This document shows positions 27,458 to 36,868 of a stretch of DNA of 64,000 nt, piece by piece. The stretch is from Methanobacteriota archaeon. Lineage in GTDB: Archaea; Thermoplasmatota; Thermoplasmata; Thermoplasmatales; GCA-001856825. The position numbers and the translations under genes are program-made. Location of the stretch: NCBI GenBank assembly GCA_017857235.1, contig JAFMDN010000003.1:2005-66004 (forward strand), read 5' to 3'. Numbering within the stretch: position 1 is the stretch's first letter; every line of letters starts with the position of its first letter. The notes under the pieces are model-generated. The model saw only the letters and a list, made by a program, of their open reading frames with translations, did not search any database and was not told the origin of the DNA.

Positions 27458-28048
27458 TTGATAATTTTAATAATCTCATCAGTGCGGGTTGGCGTAATAA
27501 CTTCAGACTTTCGAGTATATTATAGACTGGTAAAAATCTTAAAAGGGATGAAAATTAACTTTCATTCTTTGGTAAGCATGGAAGGAATTAGTGAATACGA
27601 CGTGGTTTTCTCTGACATGGATTTAAATTTTAGCAACTGCTACAGAACCAATGGAAAAAATGAATATTGGATAAGGCAAATGCTACTTTCAGGCCATGCC
27701 AGAGAGCTTGTAATAGGTATAGATCCTGGACCCAACCCTGGAGTTGCAACCATTTCAGATGGTCGCGTTTTGGATTCAAGGAATCTCTATGAATTAGAAG
27801 ATGTTTTAAAATACGTAGAGAATGTTACACAGCAGTGCGATTACGATAGGTTGAAGATAAAAATAGGAAATGGGGATAGAATAAACAGGGAGAAGATAAT
27901 AACTTCGCTGAGAAATTACGATTTAGAAATAATAAGGGAAGACGGATCTTCAAGATCTCTTAAAAGGGGTAGGGATTGGGAAGCTGCTATTAAAATAGCT
28001 ACAAGCAATGATATAATTGAAAAGAGAAATAAGAAGATTAAATTATAG
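27458..28048 (+). CDS. RNase-H-fold (YqgF/RuvX-like) nuclease candidate with extra N-terminal domain
   Basis: 196 aa. ELVIGIDPGPNPGVATISDG resembles the first strand/acidic site of YqgF/RuvC-type folds. IIREDGSSRSLKRGRDWEAAIKIA resembles the DER-x-SS...AA block of RuvX. TTG start; GTG 9 codons downstream is an alternative. Motif-level call only. Confidence 0.4.
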   Translation: MIILIISSVRVGVITSDFRVYYRLVKILKGMKINFHSLVSMEGISEYDVVFSDMDLNFSNCYRTNGKNEYWIRQMLLSGHARELVIGIDPGPNPGVATISDGRVLDSRNLYELEDVLKYVENVTQQCDYDRLKIKIGNGDRINREKIITSLRNYDLEIIREDGSSRSLKRGRDWEAAIKIATSNDIIEKRNKKIKL

Positions 28049-28049
28049 A

Positions 28050-28790
28050 TTATTTTTTCCATTTTGGCTTATTCCTTCTGTTGTATATTGCTGTAATCAC
28101 CACAATTACTAATATCATTGCAAGAATTATTGCGATTATTATATAGATATATTCTAAGAATGGGTTCCCTACTTGTATATCAATGTTGTATTTTCCACCT
28201 ATTATCTTAACAACAGTGCTATTGACCTTTGCCTGAATGTTGTATATGCCAGGAGATAGGGTTCCAGACAACCACTTGTAAGTTACATTTTCAGTTGTAT
28301 TTCCTGAAATATTAATCTCCGAGCTTCCGACGTATTTTCCATTTACATAGAAAGAGACATTTAGATCCTTGAAAATAAAATTGGTAGGATTATAAACCTT
28401 TACCTTTAGTATTGTATAGTTAAGAACCTGAACAGTTTCGGTTATGTTATAATAGAAAATCTGATTATTTAAATAAGCAATAACCTGGAAGAATAGGTAT
28501 AATGTGGTCTGGACTGAGGGTGCTGTTATGGTAAAATTCTGGGGGGAAAAAGTTCCATTAAGATACTGCGGAGAAATTGGAGATGCACCGGTTAAATTAT
28601 ACCCGCTGAGGACAAATACTATTTTATAATGGTTAAAAATTTGTTGTACGTTAACAGTATAATTAAAGGTCTCTCCTATGGCAACCTTATCAGGCCCTGT
28701 TATAGTTACAGGCCCATATGTATATGTTTCTGCAAGGGCAAGTACAGGTACCAATAAAATAAAAGCAAGTAAAAATGGAATTACCCTCAT
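28050..28790 (-). CDS. Exported, C-terminally anchored, sequon-rich surface protein
   Basis: 246 aa. Signal peptide MRVIPFLLAFILLVPVLALA, about 11 N-x-S/T sequons by hand count, beta-sandwich-type strand LSPGIYNIQAKV, C-terminal TM YIYIIIAIILAMILVIVVITAIY followed by NRRNKPKWKK. Its ATG overlaps the aglB stop (ATGA). Confidence 0.65.
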   Translation of the reverse strand: MRVIPFLLAFILLVPVLALAETYTYGPVTITGPDKVAIGETFNYTVNVQQIFNHYKIVFVLSGYNLTGASPISPQYLNGTFSPQNFTITAPSVQTTLYLFFQVIAYLNNQIFYYNITETVQVLNYTILKVKVYNPTNFIFKDLNVSFYVNGKYVGSSEINISGNTTENVTYKWLSGTLSPGIYNIQAKVNSTVVKIIGGKYNIDIQVGNPFLEYIYIIIAIILAMILVIVVITAIYNRRNKPKWKK

Positions 28791-31700
28791 GCTCTATTCC
28801 TCCTTCTTACTGATATCATTATGGCTACTATAAGAACAACAACGAATATTATTACACCGGCCATATAGCTATATTGTATGAGCGCACTGTAATTCTGAAT
28901 TCCATACCCTTTGGCCTGGATAGTTTTGAACTCAAGCCCAGGTATTGACGGATACAGATTGTATAACAAACTCTGATTTCCATATTTTATTTCGATTACA
29001 ATGGGTGTATTGATATTAAATACTCCGCTTTGGAATGATAAACCGATGTTGGATTGATTGAATTGATTTGGATATAGAGATATGTTGGAATAAGGACGAT
29101 TATTTACGGAGACGTTAATGCCCTCCTGCTTCAGACTGACATTATTCAGAACTAATATAGTTACATTTAATTTTGAATTACCTGTATTTTTAATGTTCAG
29201 TTCATAATATATGGTATTTCCTAAAACACTTCCAGTATTGTTGTTAACCGTTATATTTAGAGATATTATATTCGGAACAGTAACATTGACACTTATGTAA
29301 TGGTAAATTCCGAGATATTGTAGATTCATTCCGATCTGATATGTTCCAGCAGGTTGCCCTTTTGGAACTCCGATAGTTGCATTTATGATTCCCATTGAAT
29401 AGGGGGTCAAATTAAGGTACTGATTGTAAACATTAAAAGTAGATGAATTAGTTAAGGTAAATGAAATAGGTATATTGGAATTACTAATTATCTGGATTGG
29501 AAAACTCACATTGTGTCCGGGCAGGCCAGTCAATTGACCTCCCATAGGGAATATTTTTACTGCCACGTTCTTTACGATTTGGAATTCTAGGGTAGTGTAT
29601 GTAGGACCGCTCACATTAACCTCCTGCTTGAGAACATAGTTATTTGGCCTACCATAATTCATCAGTATGGTTGATCCCTGGAACAAATATGAACCATTTG
29701 GGAGATTAATGGTACCAAATGCTTTTACATAGAATCTGGTGCCCATATCAATGTATATTTCATTAGTGTAGGCGCTGCTTCCAATGAATGTGCCGTAGGT
29801 TAAAGAATAGGCTCTGGCCATGTTCAATGTAATATTTTCCCACTTCGTATTAACACTAATTGTCCCAATGTACGCGTATTTGCCTGAGACTGCATAAATG
29901 CTATAGTTTCCATAAGGAAGTTCCACGTATGAATTAAATGGAACAGTATAATTCAAAGGCTGTATCTGCACGAATCCAGAATTAAATGTTGAGTTTATAG
30001 AATTAAATTTAACATTACCCATAAGTTTTACCAAACTTGAATTTAGGTAAACTGTTTGCTGGGATGGTATATTTACTGAAGCACTTCCAAAGTACTCATA
30101 AGAGGTGTTTATTCTATTGAATGAATATATGTAATAATAACCTGCAGGAAGATAAATTCCTGTCGATGTACTTATAATATTTGTCCCATTAGATATGTAG
30201 GTAATACCTGAAACCCTATTTACAATATTCAGGAAGTATGATTGAACTAGATTTGGTGTGAAAGTTGAATTTCTCGTTATATTCATTGTGGTTATATTTG
30301 ATGTGTAATAATAATTTGAATAGATAGAATAGGTACCTGGTGTAAGGGTTGAATTAAGTAACTCGCTAACCAATTGGCCATTCCTGAATATCTCAACATT
30401 TCCTTTCGTATTTACCTCAAATTTTACATAAACATTAACGGGCAATTTAATAACCTGCCCGTTATAAACAGGCAATATACTGATTGAAGTGACATTTGAT
30501 ACTGGGATTATGCCATCACCGGTTAGATAAACTTCATAGCTTCCTGGTTGTATATAGGTTTGAACCTCTGACTTTGATGCTGTTATGTTGTAATTTTCTG
30601 GACCTTTCAAATGAATGTAATAAACATAGTTATAATTAGACTGTATTAAGAAGGTTACATTTACTGGTGATGAACTTGTAGATATATTTAAACCCTCCAC
30701 TTCATAGTTCATGCCCAATGACCTAAATGTTACCGTGTTAACGTTAGTTCCATTTGGAAGGTAAATTATATACTTTTGTCCCCTTGTCAGAACATCATAA
30801 TATACAGGAATTCCGCTTGAGTAAGCTAAGATAATCCCTGAATTTTGGCTCGTAATGTGTCCTGTGACTGTGTGGCCTGGACCCGGGAATATCTGTAGAT
30901 TATAATTGGGACTAAATATAGAGTATAATCCATTGGAAACATAGATACTGGAATTATAATTGAAATATGCTGTTACTGAATATGTGCCATATGGTAGATA
31001 TGCCTTGAATTGCCCTGTAGAATTAGTGGTAAATTGTAACATTATACCGTTACCCATGAATTCCACAGGCACACCTGGCTGTGTTCTATTGCCATTGAAT
31101 ACTGTCACAGTTACCATTGATGCTTCGGTGAACCTTGGTTTTATGGACAAAGAATTGTTTAGATTTACCGTTGTCTCATTAATGTAATAAATGCCTGATC
31201 TTATTGAAGTCAATGAAACCAAGTATATGGATGGTGGTAAATAAGCTGAAAAAGTATTATTCATTAAATTAAATTCTCCTGAATATGAATTGTTCAAAAT
31301 GTCTTGATAGCTGGCAGAAACTATTTTGTAATTTCCCCCCTGTGTTATGTTCAGGTAATAATATTTCTCATAGGTTACATTTAATGTAAGGTTACCCTTG
31401 TTCTCCAAATTTAAAATTGTACTGAATCTGTAAGGACCGTTCTCTGCGGATATATTAAAGATTCCTATTGGTAAAATGATCTTATAATTAGACCCGGATA
31501 TATTTAAAAATTGGGTGAAGTTTCCTCTCGTTATTTGAAGATGATTTAATCCATTGGCTTGGAATTTGTTTATAAAATTTATATTGATTTTTGAATAAGG
31601 AATAGCAATATCCTTGGATGTTGAATTTGAATTAATAGATACATTTGCTACATTATAGTACCAATGGCCATCTACATTTGCAGATACGTTGTATTCATAA

Positions 31701-34700
31701 GGAGGAATATCAGGTATGTAATAAGACCCGTTCAGGCCTGTTTCAACAGTTAATGTGTAGTTTTCACTGGAATTGAAGAATCTTAATGTTGCATTCGCTG
31801 GTACATCTGTGTTTGGAACGAAAGAACTTATTCCGGCAAGATTGTAAAAAACTGTTCCGGCTAAAGAATGCGAACTTATCTGGAAATTTTTATTTACAAT
31901 CCACAGAGGCTCCCCAGTGTTGGAGTAGGCAGTTCTATCAGCTTGAGATTGGGAGATTGTAATATTGTATTTTTCTAAAATATTGTTGCCAACCATAAAT
32001 AAACTATTATAAGATCCCGTGGATACAACTATGGTGTCATTGCCAGCTACAGCATATAATTGATAATAGCCTGAAGAATTAGTTAAAACTGTTTCATGAG
32101 GGATACCATATTGATCATCTATTGTAACCCTGATACCTGCAATAGGCATACCTGATGAATCTGTTACCCTTCCCTGTATAATGGCACCAGGATAATATTC
32201 AACAAAGACAACATCGCTGGGGAGGACACTTGAGGCTGGTGGATTTAAATCAACGGTACCTATATGATGGGTCAGATAGTAATAACCCTGTTGCAGTGAT
32301 ACGGGTTGCCATGCATTGGAATGATTCTGATAATCCGTATAGGGGTTCCAGAAGACCGTTTTATAAACCAATTCAAAATTGGGCATGCCCCATGCTTGCA
32401 TTGGATAATAATACCTAAGGTTGGATGATATTCCCGGAATAGAGTTATTAGCTCCTACCACAGATGGAGGATATCCTATAAAAACTCTATAAATAGTAGA
32501 ATTATAGAACATTGGCTGGTAGTTTATGTTATAACTAACTGCAGTATCTCCAGGTGGGAAATCCTGCAAAGGATAAGTATTTCCGTTAATATCTGTTACT
32601 GTTATATTATAGAAATCAATTGGAACTATCTCCCCTTGAACATTTATGTATTGGAAGTCACCTAAATAAGCAGGAGCGTAGAATATTCCTGTATCAATTC
32701 CAGAAAATGGGAACAACCTGTAATCCACAGCGATATAGCTCATATAAAATCCTGTTTGCTGTTCAAGACTTTGATATGCGTTAATAAGTGTAGATAGATT
32801 GAATGTATTAGTAAGATAGTGCTCAATTAGTATGTATTTTGCATCCCCCGGCTGTATATCCTCATATGGACCGTAATATGATTTGTTGGCATATATATCT
32901 GGGATGTAATTAGGGCCGTTCAATTCATAATTGATAATCTTTTGATAGCCCTGGACACCAAAATATTGGACTAGGATGGATTTAAGCGTAGAATTATTCA
33001 ATTGATTAAATTGATTGAAATAATCAATTATCCTTGCGATCATGACTGAAATAATTTCGCTTTCATTCTGTGCCATCAAAATTTGAGCAGCTGGGTATAT
33101 TCCATCTTGGAAGTTGTCAGCCATTACAGGGTGCTGGCCTTGTTCTAATGTTTGGAAACCGTAATCCCACCATGATATAAAGGCCGGCCTTTCATTGGGA
33201 GGATATTGGGCATCTTGGTTTTTGAACCAATCCAATGCTCTCACCCACGGGGAATTTGGTAAATCCAATGATACTCCAAATGCACCTAGATAATATGGAG
33301 GTGTATAGTTCTGGGGCCTTAAGAATGAAGGTGTGGCGTTATATATTTCCCTATCATATTGCGTCTTATTGTTATAAGGTATTCCTGAATCAAGGGCATA
33401 AAAAGTTGCAGGTACGATCAGCAGGAAAATAACCATTAAAATTACAACAATTTGAGAGAATCTCAGCTCTTTAAGAGAAGCTTTGGAAGTACCGCGCCCC
33501 TTAACCTTATCCAATGATTCTTGCCAACCCAATCTCCTAAAGCCTTCCACGATGATGTATGCAGTTAATATTCCTGTTGCAGAAGCTCCGAAATACAAGA
33601 ACTTCGAAGCAATCATAGAAATAAATATAATACCCGCTGAATAAAACAATATCAACGTGGTCTTGAAATCCTTACTCTTTAACCATTTATATATCAATAC
33701 GCCTATCGCTACCAGGGATGCAAAGAACATAAACGGATCAAATTCCATTATATCTTCTCCGAGTGGAAGTGCTTGAGCTTCTGCAATTGTGTCATAAATT
33801 TTGTTTTTTATGAAATAGTGTTGTCCTGAAATAATGTTCTGCAGTAAGGTATTATCCTTGAAGTAGATGATTACAATTGCTGCAGCCAAAAGTAAAGCAT
33901 AGCTTCCTATTGTTACTATCCAAGTCCTTCTTTCCATTATTATTACGAATAGGGATGTTATAATGAGCAATAACCAAACCAAAAATACTGGTGTCCATCT
34001 GAAAAGGAACCCGGTCTCGTAATACCATGGGAGAGCCAAAATGAATCCTACTGAATAGAACAATGAAGATATCAAGAATGATAAGTTGGATTTCCTCCTG
34101 ATGGTATTAATTATTAATTGAATTATACCAACTCCAACTATTATCAGTGCTACGGAGATAGTTCCTACCCATGTAAGCATAGAAGCAGTTAAACTGACCC
34201 CCCCAAGTATCGAATATAAAATCGATATCCTATTTGCTTTTACTGAATTAACAATCCTCGCCCTAAGATTAGAACCCTCAACTTCTTTGAAAGTATCTAC
34301 AGATTTTAGGAAGAAATAAATCATCATTATGGCAAACAAAGCTGTAAAGATATCAAAGAGTCCTATGGAAGCTATAGATTTCATTAGTGTTAGAGGGCTA
34401 AGTGCTGCCAAAAATGCCCCAATTAAACCTACCTTTTTATTGAATACTTCTTTACCAAGAAGATACGTAGGGAAAACAATAAATGCTCCGCCGATAGCGG
34501 TCTCTAATAAAAACATGGTCATTGTTGATTTATAAACTCCTCCTAAGAACGGGGAGAAAGCATATCCTAATAATACGGCCAGCCAGTGAAAGAATGGTGG
34601 CCTTGGATTTTCTAATCCGATTGGATAATTTAATAGAGGATCGTAAAGAAGTTGGTGGTGTGTTGCCAGAATATATTGTATAATCCTCATATTGTAATAT

Positions 34701-34888
34701 GCGTCTGAACCTCCTGAAACTGCAAAATTCCCCTTTACTGCTACCCCTATTATGTAAAATGAACTGAGGAATAGGGATAAAAAGAATGACAGTAAGAGGG
34801 TGATTCCAATATAATTCTTGGTTAAGTACGATTTTATTCTTGTAAAGCTTGTTGTATTAGTTGCTTCTGCACCACCCATTAAATCCAC
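28787..34888 (-). CDS. aglB: Archaeal oligosaccharyltransferase AglB (STT3 family) with ~1100-aa C-terminal beta-sandwich extension and second membrane anchor
   Basis: 2033 aa. Polytopic N-terminus, GGSDAYYNMR (EL1 acidic motif), DTIAEAQ (TIXE-type), ISWWDYGFQ (WWDYG, nt 33158-33172). Then a CarboxypepD_reg-like GRVTDSSGMPIAGIRVTIDD...NSSGYYQL, repeated P-x-G-x-Y strands, and a terminal TM plus RRRNRA. Confidence 0.8.
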   Translation of the reverse strand: MDLMGGAEATNTTSFTRIKSYLTKNYIGITLLLSFFLSLFLSSFYIIGVAVKGNFAVSGGSDAYYNMRIIQYILATHHQLLYDPLLNYPIGLENPRPPFFHWLAVLLGYAFSPFLGGVYKSTMTMFLLETAIGGAFIVFPTYLLGKEVFNKKVGLIGAFLAALSPLTLMKSIASIGLFDIFTALFAIMMIYFFLKSVDTFKEVEGSNLRARIVNSVKANRISILYSILGGVSLTASMLTWVGTISVALIIVGVGIIQLIINTIRRKSNLSFLISSLFYSVGFILALPWYYETGFLFRWTPVFLVWLLLIITSLFVIIMERRTWIVTIGSYALLLAAAIVIIYFKDNTLLQNIISGQHYFIKNKIYDTIAEAQALPLGEDIMEFDPFMFFASLVAIGVLIYKWLKSKDFKTTLILFYSAGIIFISMIASKFLYFGASATGILTAYIIVEGFRRLGWQESLDKVKGRGTSKASLKELRFSQIVVILMVIFLLIVPATFYALDSGIPYNNKTQYDREIYNATPSFLRPQNYTPPYYLGAFGVSLDLPNSPWVRALDWFKNQDAQYPPNERPAFISWWDYGFQTLEQGQHPVMADNFQDGIYPAAQILMAQNESEIISVMIARIIDYFNQFNQLNNSTLKSILVQYFGVQGYQKIINYELNGPNYIPDIYANKSYYGPYEDIQPGDAKYILIEHYLTNTFNLSTLINAYQSLEQQTGFYMSYIAVDYRLFPFSGIDTGIFYAPAYLGDFQYINVQGEIVPIDFYNITVTDINGNTYPLQDFPPGDTAVSYNINYQPMFYNSTIYRVFIGYPPSVVGANNSIPGISSNLRYYYPMQAWGMPNFELVYKTVFWNPYTDYQNHSNAWQPVSLQQGYYYLTHHIGTVDLNPPASSVLPSDVVFVEYYPGAIIQGRVTDSSGMPIAGIRVTIDDQYGIPHETVLTNSSGYYQLYAVAGNDTIVVSTGSYNSLFMVGNNILEKYNITISQSQADRTAYSNTGEPLWIVNKNFQISSHSLAGTVFYNLAGISSFVPNTDVPANATLRFFNSSENYTLTVETGLNGSYYIPDIPPYEYNVSANVDGHWYYNVANVSINSNSTSKDIAIPYSKININFINKFQANGLNHLQITRGNFTQFLNISGSNYKIILPIGIFNISAENGPYRFSTILNLENKGNLTLNVTYEKYYYLNITQGGNYKIVSASYQDILNNSYSGEFNLMNNTFSAYLPPSIYLVSLTSIRSGIYYINETTVNLNNSLSIKPRFTEASMVTVTVFNGNRTQPGVPVEFMGNGIMLQFTTNSTGQFKAYLPYGTYSVTAYFNYNSSIYVSNGLYSIFSPNYNLQIFPGPGHTVTGHITSQNSGIILAYSSGIPVYYDVLTRGQKYIIYLPNGTNVNTVTFRSLGMNYEVEGLNISTSSSPVNVTFLIQSNYNYVYYIHLKGPENYNITASKSEVQTYIQPGSYEVYLTGDGIIPVSNVTSISILPVYNGQVIKLPVNVYVKFEVNTKGNVEIFRNGQLVSELLNSTLTPGTYSIYSNYYYTSNITTMNITRNSTFTPNLVQSYFLNIVNRVSGITYISNGTNIISTSTGIYLPAGYYYIYSFNRINTSYEYFGSASVNIPSQQTVYLNSSLVKLMGNVKFNSINSTFNSGFVQIQPLNYTVPFNSYVELPYGNYSIYAVSGKYAYIGTISVNTKWENITLNMARAYSLTYGTFIGSSAYTNEIYIDMGTRFYVKAFGTINLPNGSYLFQGSTILMNYGRPNNYVLKQEVNVSGPTYTTLEFQIVKNVAVKIFPMGGQLTGLPGHNVSFPIQIISNSNIPISFTLTNSSTFNVYNQYLNLTPYSMGIINATIGVPKGQPAGTYQIGMNLQYLGIYHYISVNVTVPNIISLNITVNNNTGSVLGNTIYYELNIKNTGNSKLNVTILVLNNVSLKQEGINVSVNNRPYSNISLYPNQFNQSNIGLSFQSGVFNINTPIVIEIKYGNQSLLYNLYPSIPGLEFKTIQAKGYGIQNYSALIQYSYMAGVIIFVVVLIVAIMISVRRRNRA

Positions 34889-34938
34889 CTAAATATCAAG
34901 GTGTAAAGAAACTACCATTAAAATCTTTACTGATAAAT

Positions 34939-36810
34939 TCAATATATTATTTGGTATTTATAATTAAGAATCATTTCTGGTTTTTCCACTATTTGACACT
35001 TGCCATCTCCACAAATTGAAAGTTCAGAATCCTCATCGTAGAACGCAATAAAGTTTAATGGATATCTTAATATTTGCAATGATTTTTTAACTTGATCATC
35101 CTTACCCCTTAATTGATAAATTTTACTTGAGAGAAGGGTATATTCAATCTTAGAAATATTGCCTATGGGATTCCTGCTTATGGATTTACTGAACCTGTCC
35201 TTTATACCTGTTATATAAGGATCATAATCATTAGTTTCCAATAACATTTTCAATCTTTCCAGGTTCCATATCATCATTGCATTACCGGATGGGTAAACAC
35301 TATCATACTCATCATGAATTTTCTGTGGTAATTTTCCTTCTCCGTCCTCACTCAGAAAATAGCCTCCTTTTTTATAATCGTAAAATTTTGAATTTATATA
35401 ATTAGATATCTTTATGGCCTTCGTTAATAGCTCCTTATCCCCTAGGTAATTGTATGAGCTGATTAGAAGATCAAGCATGAATGCATAGTCTTCTAGAACA
35501 CCTTTTCCTTGTCTTTTACCATTTCTTATGTATCTATACAATCCCCCACCGCCGGAGTCAAAATAACTTAAAAATTTCATAATTTCTTCTCTACTGATAT
35601 TATTTGGTGAAAGCTCCAACTTCATCTTCAACAAAAGGGAATTGAATCCTAATAAGATTTTATCATCTTTTGTTAATGGTTCCTTTCTATCTCTGTAATT
35701 TTTAAGTTCTGAAATCAATTTTAACATATTCTCATCAGATAGATTTATCCCTGGGGCAGGAACTAATAAAGTTCCCTCTCCGACCTCGACAAAATTAAAA
35801 TAATTTTTTAGAAGATCCTTCTTATCCCCTAAAGCTTCATTTAACTCTTTTGAAGTCCATAAATAATAACCCCCCTCCTTTCCGAGCCAATCAGCATCCA
35901 ATGCAGAATAATACAAACCGGTCTCTGAATCTTTCATACTGGAGTCAAGAAAATTTTGTATTTCTTTAATGATCATTGTGTAGAAATTGTTGTTTTTGAT
36001 CTTGTTTAATCTCGATAATGTCCATAAAAGCATGGCTTGGTCGTATAGCATCTTTTCAAAATGGGGGATTTGCCATCTCCTATCAATTGCATATCTAAAT
36101 AAGCCATAACCAATCTGATCATAAATACCTCCGTACCTGATGTTTCTTATTGTCCTATCAACCATAAAAGTATAATCATTTCCAAGCTGAGAATATGTTA
36201 TCAGGTAATTTAAAATTGGATAGGAAGGAAACTTTGGTTCCTGCCCGAATCCACCGTACTCCCTATCATAAACATTAGATATTAATTCAATTGTATCAGA
36301 ATATATATCTTCGGTTGGAACTTCTCTGTCTTCCAGGTTCAGATAACTCATGGCTTTTTCAGCAGATTGTATAAGTCCGTATTTATCCTTCTCCCACATA
36401 TCCCTAAGGTATGAAATAACATCTATAAACCCTGGGAAATTATCTCTCCTAAATGGTGGGAGATAAGATGAAATGAATACCGGCTCACCGGTTGGAATTG
36501 CAATTATATTTAGTGGCCACCCTCCTCCCCCGTTCATGATTTGGGCCATTTTCATATAAAATGCATCAACGTCTGGCCTATCTTCCCTATCTACTAGAAT
36601 CGGGACATAACTTGTATTCAGAATATCAGCTACTTCAGGATTCATGAAATTCTCTTCTTGAAATACATGACACCAGTGGCAAGTTGCATAGCCTATTGTT
36701 ATAAAAAGTAGCTTACCGCTTTCTTTTGCTATTCTCAACGATTCATCATTCCAGTATTTCCATTTTACCATGTCCTTTGAATGTATCTCATAATATTTGC
36801 TGGCATTCAT
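34939..36810 (-). CDS. DUF255 thioredoxin-domain protein (YyaL/SSP411-like, with six-hairpin glycosidase-like C-terminal domain)
   Basis: 623 aa. The N-terminus W..W..E.L..AK...K.LF..IGY..CHWCHV...E.F..PEVA..LN..YV.I.VDREERPD-type block (GYATCHWCHVFQEENFMNPEVADILN...VDREDRPDVD) is diagnostic of this family. Confidence 0.8.
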   Translation of the reverse strand: MNASKYYEIHSKDMVKWKYWNDESLRIAKESGKLLFITIGYATCHWCHVFQEENFMNPEVADILNTSYVPILVDREDRPDVDAFYMKMAQIMNGGGGWPLNIIAIPTGEPVFISSYLPPFRRDNFPGFIDVISYLRDMWEKDKYGLIQSAEKAMSYLNLEDREVPTEDIYSDTIELISNVYDREYGGFGQEPKFPSYPILNYLITYSQLGNDYTFMVDRTIRNIRYGGIYDQIGYGLFRYAIDRRWQIPHFEKMLYDQAMLLWTLSRLNKIKNNNFYTMIIKEIQNFLDSSMKDSETGLYYSALDADWLGKEGGYYLWTSKELNEALGDKKDLLKNYFNFVEVGEGTLLVPAPGINLSDENMLKLISELKNYRDRKEPLTKDDKILLGFNSLLLKMKLELSPNNISREEIMKFLSYFDSGGGGLYRYIRNGKRQGKGVLEDYAFMLDLLISSYNYLGDKELLTKAIKISNYINSKFYDYKKGGYFLSEDGEGKLPQKIHDEYDSVYPSGNAMMIWNLERLKMLLETNDYDPYITGIKDRFSKSISRNPIGNISKIEYTLLSSKIYQLRGKDDQVKKSLQILRYPLNFIAFYDEDSELSICGDGKCQIVEKPEMILNYKYQIIY

Positions 36811-36868
36811 TGGCTGTGAAAAAAGTATGAATTAATAAATTATTAGTAGCGTTTAAAAATCTTTTAGA

